A stretch of 64,000 bases of DNA from Massalongia carnosa (GCA_965645245.1 OZ287079.1:496001-560000), one strand, 5' to 3'; shown: positions 11,926 to 25,099, numbered from the stretch's first letter. Notes: generated from the sequence alone by a model not told the origin. Numbers and translations: made by a program.

Positions 11926-14900
11926 CGGCAAATTAATGAGATGACCCCCAAATGACCCCCCCATATTGCTTGGGGGTTATTTGGGGGTCAATTACCGTAA
12001 TATACACGTAATTTTGCTTCTGGCGCTGTCACGATGACCCCCAAGAACTGTAATTAATTGAAGGGGGTTATTTGGGGGCTATTTGGGGGTTAGAATTCGA
12101 AATCGGTCTTGAAGTAATATTGCGATCGCACGATTAAATGACCAGCACAAGGAAAAGCGACTAGATACCTATACAAAAATATACGGAGAACATCACAGTA
12201 CAATGTCATGATCTAATTTTCCATCCCAGACTGTCATGTTTCAAAATGTCATTAAAAAACCGCCTCCGAAGAAGTGGTGGATGGAACGTAGCTAGCCGGC
12301 AGATGCCCTGTCACTTCGTGACAGAAAACACGATTGCTTATCCTTTCTCTCTGTAAGGATAATTTCTAAGCCCATTTATTGACTCGGCTTTGTCCCTCGC
12401 CTTTGTCGTTTTCGAGGAGGTGACTTGTTTATTAAGTCAGTCAATGACACTTCTCTAGAGCTTTCTAAAGCTGCCTTCGCTAAGTTGGCATGCTTTGTGT
12501 GTAAAGCTTCTTGCGCTCTCACAGTAGGTATCAATTTCCGTCCAAATCTAGATTTACGAGGTGAGATCAGTGCCCGGTCACGTTCTTTACCTTTCTCTAG
12601 CAAGCTCCAAATTTGCTCCTCCGCCAGTATATTATTAGCTTCCTGTCGCTCTTCTGCTAATGTATTCTCGACTTCTTGTCGCTCTTCCGCTAATGTATTC
12701 TCGACTTCCTCTCTCTCTTCCGATAATGCATCGTCTTTCTCGTACGGAAAGTCATCAGAATCATAGCCTACTGGTGTTCTCTCTCCTTCCGAAAGTGGTG
12801 TTGGCTCTCCTAATGGAATGCGTAGAGGAAGAGGACATCGCCTTTGAGGATACGTCCATAATGGGCGGGTGAACAACTTACTAAGAACTGAAGTATGCGA
12901 CGATGGAGCTGGAGCTATATGCTCGAAATAAGGGACGATAATTTGATACTGTCGCTCTGTCAGATATCTTCGACCCTGCTCTCAGCCATGAATTAATCTT
13001 AAGGTGAGTATATACCTGTTCAGCATAAAGTATTCGTTTTTTGCGAGCATCTTCTTCGGCCGCCTTTGGAAAGCGATGTTTGTAATTTCTATGTCCCTGT
13101 AGTGTTCCAGCAAACGTCTGATTCATATCAAACCTTTGAAAGTGTTGTAACTGTGCCTCGTCCATATCTAACCACTCAATAGCCCAACGAGCATAGTTCT
13201 TCTGCTCTTCCTTAGTCTCTTCTGATGAGTCTGTTACAATTGACGACGATTGAGATCGAGATGAGGAATCCATTTCACTCTCGAGTGTAATGTTTTTGTC
13301 GCGATGAGATGTAAAACTCTTGTCACTCTCGGTCGCAATATCTTTATCGTTTTGAGCCGAGAATCTGCGGAACCTAAAAACAAGAGAACGATCACTAAAT
13401 CCATCCCAGTCACTTATGTCAGTATGAGCACTCATATTGTCGCTCTCGCGGTCATGATTGCTGACGCTATTGTTGTCGTTAGAGTCATTGTCATTCTCTT
13501 TATCAACTTCATCTTCGTTGTGACTAGATTGAGACACAGAAGCAGTTCTGGATCTGCTACTTGCAGTACTAGCAGAAACGTCATTCGCGGAAGGTCCCGA
13601 ATGATCACATGTACGCCTGTTATGCTTGAAACTCTTGCAGATTGAGCATCTCATCCTCTGCTTTGATAAATTAAATCGTTTTCTTCTCTCACGTCTGATT
13701 TTTGGGCGACCAGCCTGGACTATAGATTCCGGTGGTTTCACATCGGCCGCTGGGAGAACATTGAGATCAATAGGATGTAAAAATGACTGGTATGTTGCCT
13801 TGTACTCAGCGATTGTAAAAATGGGACTGACAAAATCCTCTGGTTCTCTTTCTTGCTTCAGACACAACGCAACGGCATGATCACATGGCATCTCATAATC
13901 CTGAAAATCATGACAAGTACACGTCTTGGCTTCCAGATCCACGATGTGATGACTTCCAGTACCAGTAGTGACGATACCGCGGAAAGGACGCGAATTTTGA
14001 ACAGTATACTCGGCCGATTGTTTCCGTCTATCTTGAATCCATCTCCAGGCATAATCAGTGACTCTATCTGTCTTGTGTTTTAGCTTGTGCCGTTCATAAA
14101 GCTTTTCCATGCATTGATTCCAAATCTGATGGAGACAAAGCAATGCGGGCATGTGACGTGCCTCCAGCCAAATATTATTTTGCGACTCTTGAGCATTAGA
14201 ACATAATTGACCATATCGAGGACGAGGAAAAGCATATACAGCCCACTGCTCTGGAGGTATGTCTTTAATATAACTCGCGCAATTAGGTCTCGTCGCTCTA
14301 ATTCTGTTGAGTATAGTGTTGAATTTTGCCTGTGTTTTAGCTTTGGCAGCATCCCAGAAAAGATTCCGATATGTCTTCTTCCATTTTTTATCGATATTGT
14401 CTCCGAGATGTTTGCAACAATGAGCACTTAAAGCGAAAGGGAAATAATCAGATACTGCATGTTTGATACCTTTGTTGCGATCACTAATAATCACTGCTTG
14501 TCGTCCCGAGCGAAATCGAATATAGAATGCCATTGCCCGTAAAAAATACATCCAGTTATCTTTGTTCTCGACTGGGACCAATGCCCACGCCAGTTCCAAT
14601 ACCTGGTTGTTACCGTCTTGAGTAACAAGAGACAAGATCACAAGCCCGTCCGATGTGTTACAAGCGGTACCATCACACTGAAGCACCGAACGACAATGAC
14701 GAAAAGAAAGCTCAGTCACCTTTGGCAGTACCCAACATCGTTTGAAACGACCGTTCTCATCTAGCTCTAGATTTGCCTATGCTGTTCGTGTATTGTTTTG
14801 TTCTTCGCATGCTGACAAGAAAGCAGGTATATATTGAAAGCTTTGCTTAATATTGCCAAACCGCTTAATCTTGAGAAACTCTTTCGTGCGCCACATCGCC

Positions 14901-15876
14901 ATATAGTTTGTGTTGTTTCCTCGACTGGAAGTCTCGACGGTCATTAAATGCCTCGATTTAACCCGATGATCGGATTACACAAGCGCTTGATTTGTCTTTT
15001 TGGAGGCTAAATACTGAACAGCATTGCTACCTGAATGGCCGGAGTGGTTCGAGATGGCACAGGTATGAGGGATCATTTTAGTGAGTTTCCCTGAAATCTA
15101 ATGTCAGTATTTCTTTGTTTAAGCTCTTATACATTTAAGTATTACATCCCCCAGTTTTATTGGACAAGCTGGCTCTGATTCGAAAGTCACAATGATCGCA
15201 CTTAACTAGATATCTATTCTTTTCGGCCTTCTCAACACGCCATGACTCGCCCTTGTTTGCGAGCCAATTTGTGATCGCCTGCCTTGTCTCATATTTATTG
15301 TCCCACTCTTGACCGACATAAATAGACATCGTTGATGATTCGGCCAAAGTGAGATTGAACGAGAAATATAGTATGCAGAAATGATGGACGAAGATATACA
15401 CAAATAAGTCCCGAGTTAATGCTGGATAGCCCGAGTGCCACGTAGTCCAAATGCCTTGTTTAAGCATTCTATGGGGTTTCATTAGCCTATAGTACTTAAA
15501 GCAGAGAGTTATAGAGCTGTAATTGGTAGATTCAGTCACTCCAACTATGATTGAACCCCCCGATATCGCACGATCATCGGGCTACAGATATCCAGTCGCT
15601 CGTTTTTATCGCCTCAATCATGTCTTCTCTCTTGGAGTTAGGAAGGCTTTTATCGGGTAGCCGATGCTCAACGGGCTTTTCCTCGTGCGTGCCATTTAAT
15701 CGTGCGGTCGCAATATTCTAAATGACCCCCAAATGACCCCTTCAATTAGTTACGTTCTTGGGGGTCATTGTGACAGCGCCAGAAGCAAATTTACGTGTAT
15801 AATACGGTAATTGACCCCCAAATAACCCCCAAGCAATATGGGGGGGTCATTTGGGGGTCATCTCAGTAATTTGCCG
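11926..15876 (-). mobile_element. MULE/MuDR element copy 2, both TIRs present
   Basis: About 160-bp TIRs cggcaaattaatgagatgacccccaaat / atttgggggtcatctcagtaatttgccg; no TSD. Confidence 0.93.
12881..15330 (-). pseudogene. MuDR-type transposase (MuDR DNA-binding domain, MULE DDE, SWIM, Zn knuckle)
   Basis: MSIYVGQEWDNKYETRQAI..YLVKCDHCDFRIRAS; DGTAC..DGNNQVLELAWA; CTCHDFQDYEMPCDHA; CSICKSFKHNRRTC; intron near 15098-15145; frameshift/stop near 14975-15000. Confidence 0.9.
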
Positions 15877-15918
15877 TTAAACCTGGGGGATGTGATGAAC
15901 TTCACCGGACTTCAGAAA

Positions 15919-18330
15919 TCATCGGCTTCGTATCGCCAGCGCCATCGCTTGACACCGAGCAATCGTCATCCTCTTCTGACACTCTATTGCAGACGCCACC
16001 GCTGAGAAGAAGATCCTTATTCGTAATTGCCTCCTTGCGCCAAGTCTAGCGAGGATTCCCCGCAATATGTCTTGGTGTCCCAATCCAACGCCGAGCTTCC
16101 AAAGCGTGCCAGCTCCGTTACAATTTCGAGGAGATTCCACGAAGTGGCAACGTGTAACGGGGTCCAGCCTTCGTGTCGACAGCGTTGATGTCAACACCGG
16201 CTTGCAGTAGGATTCTGACAACTTCGGTGAAGCGAGGGCTTGCTGAGATGCTGGTCCAGCAATGACAAGGTGCAAAAATGGCGATTCGCCTTTCGCCAAG
16301 AGCCGGCGTTGATGAGGGTTTGCGCCGTGTTTTAACAGTATAGAGACAGCGTCGGGTCATGCATACTCGGGCCATGCATACTCGGGCCATGCATACTCAA
16401 CTGCTCATGCAAGAGGGGTTCTGCCGCACGAGTCGTGGGTGTCGATGACATCTCCAAGTGCAGTGGTTTTTGATAGGCAGTCCAAGTAGTCCTCCAAAGT
16501 CCCATGCCTGCAGTTCGATACCTAAAAGCACTTCATGAAGGGTTGTGAAACTGCGGCTCTCTCTGTAGTCGTCCAGAAGCTCAATGCAGCATTTGCGGAA
16601 TATCTCGGCGACATCCTCGAAGCTATTTAGATCGAAGTTCCGCGAGCCAGGGTTGGTTAGGGTCTTGGACATCAACACGTCGTCGATCATCGTTTCCATA
16701 GGAGTCCTTGAGAAGATTATTAAATGTCTTCCCTTGATGGCATAAAGACCGAGTGATCTCCGACGGGACGACATACTTGCCTATCTCATCTTCCCAGTCG
16801 ACGTGGCCCCCATTTCGATCAACGTTCTACACGTCTCTTTGGCAATCCTGCGGCCGGAGCTCCTGCAGCAGAAGTACGTGGCATACTGCAAATAGAGAAT
16901 GATCAGACCAAGTTGCGCCAGATATGTTCATATAGCTTACATAGAGCAGACCAAGACCATATGGATCGACATCGTTGAGGAATGCCTTTCCCGACCACAA
17001 AAGGGTGCGTATCTCGTCAATGCGGCCTTCTTGCACGCAGATGAACACTGGAGAAATATAGGGGACCTTGTTGCGTGATTGTACAATAACGATACTTTGA
17101 CGGGTACCATGCGAAGGCTAAGATTCATGGTGAAGCTGACAATGGCAGGTGTAAGCCATGGGGGAAGGAAATATTTTAAATCCGTGTTGGAACCTTTGCT
17201 CCTTCGGCATGTTTGCTCATTAAATGGAACAAGCGTTGAAAAGCACCATGGTAAGCTTGAGCATCCTAGGAATAGATCGCCTAGGTAGATGGAGAGATTT
17301 CGCGGAGAGCGTAAATCTGATCGCTGATGGCATCGACACGAGCACTGTTCCACACAAACAAGAGGAACGGAACGTGTTGGTTTTGAAGATGTATGAGTTT
17401 CTATGTTGAAGCTACGCTGCATTTTGCGCTGCCCAATCCGGTCGTCATGGCCCGCTCGTGGCGCCTTTGGAGGAGGAACAAGAAATTTCTCAATGTCGTC
17501 GACGGCCGGGCTCAACACCCTGACGCTAATGTCCTTATGGCCTGAGTGCTTTGACCCGGCCCCATGAAATTCGACCACCTGTTCCATCGTTTTTTCTGTC
17601 CATTGGCAGCATCTTGGAGCTGTCATCTGGTTCCTTTTCATCGCGTCCTGACTTTGAAGATAGAATTCATTTTTCCAAATAATCCGTCCAACGTAAGCCC
17701 AATGTTTACATTGGACCTTCTGCATCACCATGTCAGCACGCTATCTTTGCAGAGTGCCGCTCGAACGAACTCACAGAATTCCAACCACTATGATGTTGCA
17801 CAGCGATGATTTTTGTGCCCGCAAGGCTTCTTGTAACTTGTTGGCTTTTTGGGCTTTCTTGAGCCATTGGAGTTTGCTGACCTGAGTATCTCCGCGACCA
17901 TATTTGCGTTGCTTGCTCACTTTCTGAGCAAGAATATCCACGTCCTGTAAGGATCTACTTGCTCTCTCGAGTACCGCGTCGAAGTCAGCACTTGCCTTAC
18001 CCATTTCCAATGAAATTTCTCCTGACTGACGAGCTTCCTCGACTTTGGCGAGAGCCTGACGGAAACCAGCCACCTCGTTAGATAAAGCAAGAAACTCATT
18101 CGGAGCGTCTGATCCAGAAAACCCAACGTGTGATAACGAATCCATCGAGCAAGGCTCATTAGTTATGGCTTGTTTCGCGGGCAATGTTATCTATTCATTC
18201 TGCAGATACAGAACCCTTAATAAAAGCAGAATCACAATTCACTCACATGATGAGCAAATCTTCTGCATCGCTGAGCACGAGATATTTGACAGAGAAGCGA
18301 GTGCGCTCAAAGTAAGATATCTACTCGGGG
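15919..18330 (-). pseudogene. HeLo-like N-terminal domain + ankyrin-repeat protein, frameshifted
   Basis: DAPNEFLALSNEV...VSKLQWLKK...L (HeLo-like), CSCRCH..LGDLFLG..YFLPPWL, LNDVDPYGLGLLY, FTTLHEVLLGI, VVRILLQAGVDINAVD; reading frame broken several times. Confidence 0.7.
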
Positions 18331-18690
18331 TTCTACACACAATATCCTGAGAATCATATAAATATGAATTGACGATTATACAGCAGACGCGACGACGACG
18401 ATGACGACGAAGAGGAATTGACGCCATCGGCTCTAGAATCATCTAAATCCGTTGAAACTGTTACATGAGGATTACGATCGTCACTCCAAATTAATTCATT
18501 TCAGATGATTTGGGCAAAAGCAAATGAAGATGTTCGTCATAGTCTCTTCGTGAATATCGAGAAGCAATTCTATTTTCAATGTTTAACAGCTTATGGAGAA
18601 CCAATATCAATTTGTAGATCTCTTAAACTTACAAAGTTGATTATCGTGCTGAAAAATGTTCAAAACTAAACCCAAGCATATTTCATAACT

Positions 18691-20892
18691 TCAAGAATCA
18701 AGGGTAGTAAATCCCTTGCCGAGAGACTTGTAAATGCTTAAAATGAGTTGTTGACCTTTTGTAATTCCAAGCAAAATGACCCCGATCAACAGCAACATCG
18801 GGCTGGTGACGGCGAAATAGACCCAAAACCGGTCCTCGCCCGGCAAGAAGCTTCCACCCATAGACATGACCCCTGCGACGACGGACAGCGGTACAAATAA
18901 GGTGCCGAGAATGGTGAGCCAGCGGACCGAGCGGGCTTGCAGGTTGGAGGTCTGGGCTTCGCGAATAGCGACGACTTGCGCGTATCTGCAAATATATAAT
19001 AAAATAGAAGATTTCATGAGCCGAGCGTCTCTCCCCAAGCGACGAGTAAAACCATGACATTACTTCGGGGAAGATGGGAGAAAGAGCATAAAACTCACGA
19101 GTTGGTCAAGCTCTCGAACATTTGCTGTTGATCCATGTATGCGTCTCGAATATAACGCCACATTTCCGTTTCTCGTTTCCCGGTGATTCCGTAGCTATCG
19201 CTGTCTCGAGGATCAATCCCTAACGCGCGCATGTTCGTCTCCACGTCGAGCCGGCATAGGGTCAAATCCGACACCCATCGTGTCATCGTTTCAAACATCC
19301 ATTCTTTCCAATCCGCGCCCCATCGCGCTGTGTGCTGCGCTACACCCTCCGCGTTGAAGGTGTCGCCGCTCGCAAACAACCCGGCTCGCGTATTAATGAA
19401 GCATCGTCGGACATGATTTAGATGAGCGGCCCATTTGCTGATTGCAAACCCGCGGACGAAGGGCGTAATGGCGATGGGGGTGTCACCCGGGCCAGCGTTG
19501 GCCACGGCGAAGTGAGTGAGAATGTCGTCATGAAGATTGTATTTGGTGAACGCTGCGCAGGGGTGCCATTGTAGAGAATTGAATCCTAAATCCACTCTTT
19601 CGTGGTCGTCCAGCTCGGGGTAGCGGATCATCCGGTTGAGATTGGGACACGGATTTCCATCGAGAAGCGCCAAGTGTTCTGGGTCCTTGAGACAAGGTCA
19701 ACCAGAAGCAATGCTAGTTTCATGTTAGTTTTCGACAATGCTGCTATTCATGCTTCCTGAACCAGTCCAAATAACGTAAATAACAAACCCTACCGCAAGC
19801 TTGTGTACTAGTGCGGTGGCTTGATTCAACGGGGATTTCGCCGTTTCGTGAAGACAAAGTCTTGCTCCTCACGGCGCAATGAAAGTGGGACTCACCATCC
19901 CAACCTCCACCCGGATTTTCATGTGACCAATAAGTGACTTGTCCTTCCAGCTCCGACACTTCCCCTTTCGCGTCCCACCTGTCATTTACGGTAGGAGTAT
20001 CAAGCCGTCGCTCCAGAATGAACCGGGGATATGCGCTCTGATCGGTAAGACGGCTACACGGCTTGAGCCAGTGTGGACAAAGCTCGGGATTTGCACTTTG
20101 GGCGGCGGAGACGCGTGGCATGATGATCGGGAAGCGAAGAACGAAGCGTCTCTTTTCCCCGTCCAAAGGAAAGCCGATAGAGCTTGCGTAATCTAGTCCG
20201 TCGCTTGTGTTGACCTGACGAAAGGATGGAAACGCCACGATATCATCCGAGGCGTTTGCGCTGTCCTCGGTGCTGTAGTGATTGGCAAAAAGACCCGGAT
20301 GAATTCGGAGACGCGATCCCAGCAAACATACCATTCTTACGGGGAGGTCTTCGAGCAGGAAAAGTCGCCTATGTCGTCCCTTGAATGAGTTGCTCTCGTT
20401 CATATATTCCCAGAAATCATCATAGCCATCGAATGTTTTCGAGCTTGACCCTTCGTCGTCGAACTCAATGACGCTGACGCGAGAGTGACGTTCATCTGTG
20501 AACTGCTGACAAGCCATGGCTTTGTAAAAGCTCTCATATTGCAGCGCGTTACCTTGCAGATATCGAGACGCATGTTCTCGTACCAACGAAAAATAGGCAA
20601 ATGATAAATCATCCATGGAATTGATAAACCCGCTGAAATCCACCCGTTTGGACTGAGGCGGACCAAGACCCGTGTTCGATGATGAGCCCGCAAGATGACT
20701 TGAAAAGGAAAGCGCAGATGACGCTGCTTTAGGATATTTTCTCTGCGGTCGCCAGGATGACGACAATCGAGATCTATCGATTGGAGTGGAATCGTTCGAA
20801 GCATTTCTTGATTCCATGCTGTCTAAGATTTTTGAATGCATTTCCTTCGAGTCCAGGGGTGAAAGCAGAACATCTTCTTTCTCGGACGGCAT
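18691..20892 (-). CDS. Fungal CorA-like (Mg2+ transporter C-terminal 2-TM domain) protein, 3 exons; possible 1-nt frameshift at start of exon 2
   Basis: RRLFLLEDL..LGSRLRIHPGLFANH; C-term REAQTSNLQARSVRWLTILGTLFVPLSVVAGVMSMGGSFLPG..FWVYFAVT; GTGAGT donors at ~19895 and ~19098; LLVD/P junction at ~19697 out of frame. Confidence 0.72.
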
Positions 20893-20928
20893 CGTATTTC
20901 ATAATTTTCTCAGGATTGAGAACCTAGA

Positions 20929-21342
20929 TCACTCAAGACCGTATGGCTTTGGCGCATCAGGATTGTCTAAATGATATCCCTTGGCTAATTCGGGTGCGTG
21001 CTCTAACAGATATGATGCGGGTACCCACTTGTGATCCGGCAATGTCGACTTTTTGCTCTTCTTGTTTGTTATTTTCTTTTTCTTTTGAACTTTTTTGTTG
21101 TTCTTGTTTGGTATAAGATTGACCAAAACCGAAGCTTTAGGTGTCTCTTCTTCCGGAGATAAATTCACGATATAACTAAATTCCGGTTGTACGCCACCTT
21201 CCTCGTTCTGAAGGCCACAGCCCACGCTGAGTATCAAAGACTTCTCCGTGAATTTGATCTTGGAAAGATCATTGATCAGAACCTGATCGAGTTTTGGGGC
21301 TGTTACACTTGGGCTACCTCCATTGTATCCACCGCGGCCCAT
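20929..21342 (-). CDS. Hypothetical 137-aa Lys-rich protein (may be an upstream exon or relic)
   Basis: ATG-to-stop ORF with protein-like composition directly upstream of the CorA-like gene; no family recognised. Confidence 0.3.
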   Translation of the reverse strand: MGRGGYNGGSPSVTAPKLDQVLINDLSKIKFTEKSLILSVGCGLQNEEGGVQPEFSYIVNLSPEEETPKASVLVNLIPNKNNKKVQKKKKITNKKSKKSTLPDHKWVPASYLLEHAPELAKGYHLDNPDAPKPYGLE

Positions 21343-21680
21343 TCCTTGTAGTCAATCGTAACATTAAGTTAATTGATTTGTGATTAAGCGACGGACATGA
21401 AACCGGTCACAGATATGAGGCTTAAATCCTATATTTTGGACTTAGAAGTAGCATCAGCTCTATAGCTCACGGAGTGTACGAATACAAATCGTCGCAAGGT
21501 TCCTATGTCCCGAGATTACACGTTATCGCCATTTGCAGCACGCTAACATTTATTACAACTAAACGACTTACAAAGTATTAGATTGAAAATACGAATCATC
21601 TATCTACTGTACTCGGGAGCTCTGTATATAATACGAGTTGTATTTACTCTATACAGAGTACAGTAATCATGTACCATGTA

Positions 21681-23006
21681 CAAATCGGGTACCAGAAGTC
21701 ACCGATCGATGACGTCATTTTACCCCATCGAAAAAAACCCCCTCATTTTCCATCTCCCATTTCTCCACCATTTTTCTTTCAATTTACCTCATGCCTTCAA
21801 AACCGAAGACCAAAAGACGTGAACATTCAGCCGAGACCATTTCCACCATCATTGCCCTACATCAGCTAAATAAATCCCATGGTCAAATAGCTGACCATTT
21901 GAAATTAGCTAAATCGACCGTTACCACCATTATACATCGTCATACCAGGTCTTCAGAAAAAATCCCCTTGAGAAAAAAACGATTCGGTCGTCCCCCCAAG
22001 CTTGATGCCCGTGCCAGACGTCAATTAATTCGTCATGTGGAGAGGTTTCCTCACGAAAATCTACTGTCTTTGGCCACCCCTTCCAAAACAGGACAGAAGA
22101 CCTCTCGCTCCACCGTACGAAGGTATCTGAAGGCGGCCGGTTATTTACGCTTTAAGGCTCGAAGGAAGCCCTTTCTAAATGAACGTCACAAGAAGGCTAG
22201 GCTGGCCTGGGCTCGAGAGCACAAGGAATGGACATTGAATGATTGGCTACGTGTTATATGGACAGATGAAGCTACGTTTGAAACGGGTTTAGACTCTCGA
22301 AGTTGCTATGTTACACGCCGAAAAGGAAATGCATTTGAGGCTCGATACTTAAAGCCTACATTCAAAAGTGGAAGAAGCACTATAGGCATTTGGGCAGCTA
22401 TAACTCTGAGTATCAAGGGACCGATGCTCGTTTTGACGAGAGGAAGACGAATGAACTCTGAAATCTACATTGAGGAGGTGCTAAAGCCGCTGGGAGTGCC
22501 CTTTTATGAAAGATGCGTGGCAAAGAGAGGTCTGATGATTTGGATGGATGATGGGGCCGGTTATCATACTTCAAAGAAGGTGCTTGATTTTGGACGAGAG
22601 GTAGGGCTTTTACGCATGAAATGGCCGGCTCAATCACCAGACCTCAACCCCATTGAGAATCTGTGGCGTATCATCAAAATACGAGTCAGTGCCCGTCTTC
22701 ATCAAATTCATTCAGTTGAGGCCATGACGGAGGCATTGATGAACGAATGGGACAAGTTGACTGCGAGGGACTTTCAGAAGTGCATAGCGAGTATGCCTGA
22801 ACGTTGTCACATGGTAATTAAGGCTCAGGGGGGGGCCATTAAATACTGATTATATCATCTGATTTTTCATTCAAAATTTCAATAAATTTGAAAATCTGAG
22901 ACCATTCCATCAACTATTGAATTTATGGTGGGGGTTGAAAGTTAGGGTAAGGAGGTGAAATTTGATGGGGTGCGGGGCACGGTCGGTGACTTCTGGTATC
23001 CGACTG
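21681..23006 (+). mobile_element. Tc1/mariner element, full length
   Basis: TIRs caaatcgggtaccagaagtcaccga / tcggtgacttctggtatccgactg; TA on both sides (21679-21680, 23007-23008). Confidence 0.92.
21791..22849 (+). CDS. Tc1 transposase, intact DD34E, 352 aa
   Basis: HTH; WTDE; WMDDGAGYH; WPAQSPDLNPIE with 34 residues between the second D and E. Confidence 0.95.
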   Translation: MPSKPKTKRREHSAETISTIIALHQLNKSHGQIADHLKLAKSTVTTIIHRHTRSSEKIPLRKKRFGRPPKLDARARRQLIRHVERFPHENLLSLATPSKTGQKTSRSTVRRYLKAAGYLRFKARRKPFLNERHKKARLAWAREHKEWTLNDWLRVIWTDEATFETGLDSRSCYVTRRKGNAFEARYLKPTFKSGRSTIGIWAAITLSIKGPMLVLTRGRRMNSEIYIEEVLKPLGVPFYERCVAKRGLMIWMDDGAGYHTSKKVLDFGREVGLLRMKWPAQSPDLNPIENLWRIIKIRVSARLHQIHSVEAMTEALMNEWDKLTARDFQKCIASMPERCHMVIKAQGGAIKY

Positions 23007-25099
23007 TACTCCGTATGATGATTATCAACTACGAGTGTCTAATACTCCAAAGATCAAGACGATTAAAATGCCACGAACCAGATAATAAAGATCTTATCTC
23101 CATGCCAACATCTCCTCCATCACCGGGCATTATCATACAAAGTATCAGCTTCATCATCATCACGCATCTCTACCAAAGCGTTCTCCCTCAACCCGTCTCG
23201 CTAACACGTATTCTCACCAGCAACTCTCATCAATCAATCAATCAAGCACCTCCCCGCCTATTCCTTACCGCACCGTCCCATTCATTGCACGTTGCGATGA
23301 CCGAATGACGAGCGTTGCGGGGATAATTGTTGATGCTGTGGGTAAGGTCGGGTGGGGCTTAAGATTGGTTAGTAATGCTCGATCGCGACGTGCTTGTTAC
23401 ATACTGCTTGCTTCGTTCGGGAATGTTGGAAAGAAGAGAACACAGTCGATATGTGATGTTGACGATGAGATGTCATGATTACGATATGTTATTAATGGAT
23501 GAATATCACTGACACAAGTGAGACTGTGCTGTATAGTTGAAATGACTCGAAGCCAATATATGCTGAGATCATACTGTTCTGTACCCTAAAGAAGTAGCTC
23601 TACGTCTTATGTGTACGATCTAGTCCTCACTTTCTGTTGCCTATCAAAATCTCGGATCCCTCCTTTTCTTCCGTCTCCGTTCTGCCCAGCCCTCAGCGAT
23701 GCTTGTGTCACGGTGCGAGGTCAGGTAGGAATTCAGGTGGTGCAAACGTGTTACTTGATTGTCTAGCTAGGTGGACAAGACGTTCGACAAGGAGAAAAGA
23801 ATCAGAAAATCAAACGTGGGCGAGTATAAGACTCTGGCGAACTGAACTAGTCCCAATCCAGCTGTTGATCCAATTTCCCTCAAGTCCCTGGCATGACACT
23901 ATCGCCATGCCACTATTGACGGCCGGAACACTTACCTCTGCCCTAACTGAACCGGATTAAGCTTAGTTCCTTTCGGATCGGCTAGCCGGCTAGTGCTTCG
24001 TTCAAGCAGCTATGGTTGGTTCAATGGCAGGTGCCCAGTCACTCCATGACAGCTTGAGCCAAGATCAAAAAGAAAGGCGTCCCGATCTTTTCGGTCTTGG
24101 CTCAACTCCATCGCAGCCAAAGGATCAAAACCAGGTCTCCAATTTCAATCCTCCGCGCAAGGCCTGGCTGATAACAAAATGCTTTAACTGTGATTGGTGA
24201 TGTCATGATAAAAACTCCTACAGATTTTCTGATGCAGCTTCTGAAGCAATCAATGCTCAAGAACTCAATCCGTTCAGAAATTTTTCTTATGCCTCGTCTA
24301 TCCAATCAGTCACCTTTCCACCCATGTCTGCGTCACGATACCAGTATCGTGCAATCAGGATTAGCCTCGTGACGACAAGATCTAGTCTTGTTGGTAGAAT
24401 ATCAGTATCCTGACAATAAGGTTCAGCCTTGTTGCAGAGTACCAGCCTCGTGACAATAACACATTCCAGCCTTGATTGTTTAACGAATGCCAGATCCATT
24501 GAATCGACTAAATCAGCCTCCACAGGAACGCTTAAAAGCCTAGTCATGGGTTCATGTTATCATAAACCTCCTACTCGAGATCTATCATGAAGCGGGCAAG
24601 CATGTCAAAGGCTACGCAGAAGGAGCTGCAGTGACAATGTAGCGCCTCGAGAATTCCGAGAATCTCAAGAATCTCTCAAGGAGCCGAAAAGCGCATATAC
24701 TGCTAAACTTGCAAAGTTAATGTCAAGAAATAAAGTTGCCAATGATCTCCCAGAGATGTCAGAGAACCTCCTGCAATCAATGATCAACGCCTGGAGGGAG
24801 CCACACAAAAATCATGATTCTGGAAGGAATCTGACGCTTCGAGCGATCCACGCTCGATTTGACAGCGGTATTTTGATTGATCTACAAGATTTCAGTCTAT
24901 TCACACAATACAAAGTTAATAATCTCACCGCAGCCGGAGAACGGAAAAGATTCGAGGAGTTACTTGCCTTGCATCATGAACGAAGCGCTCCATGTACAGT
25001 GATAGTCTGCAGCCTATTACTCTTTACATGATATGTATTCCATGATGCTCTCAAAACCGGACGTCTGTCATGGTGTGAGGGGCTAATTGTTTTGAGTAT

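Noticed and set aside
12376..12876. 166-aa ORF as a separate second MULE gene (mudrB-like)
   Set aside because: Same strand as the transposase, broken in copy 1 and possibly a spliced 3' exon; cannot be supported as an independent gene.
23900..25030. Coding-like fragments (e.g. 24720-25031)
   Set aside because: Short, interrupted, no recognisable motif.
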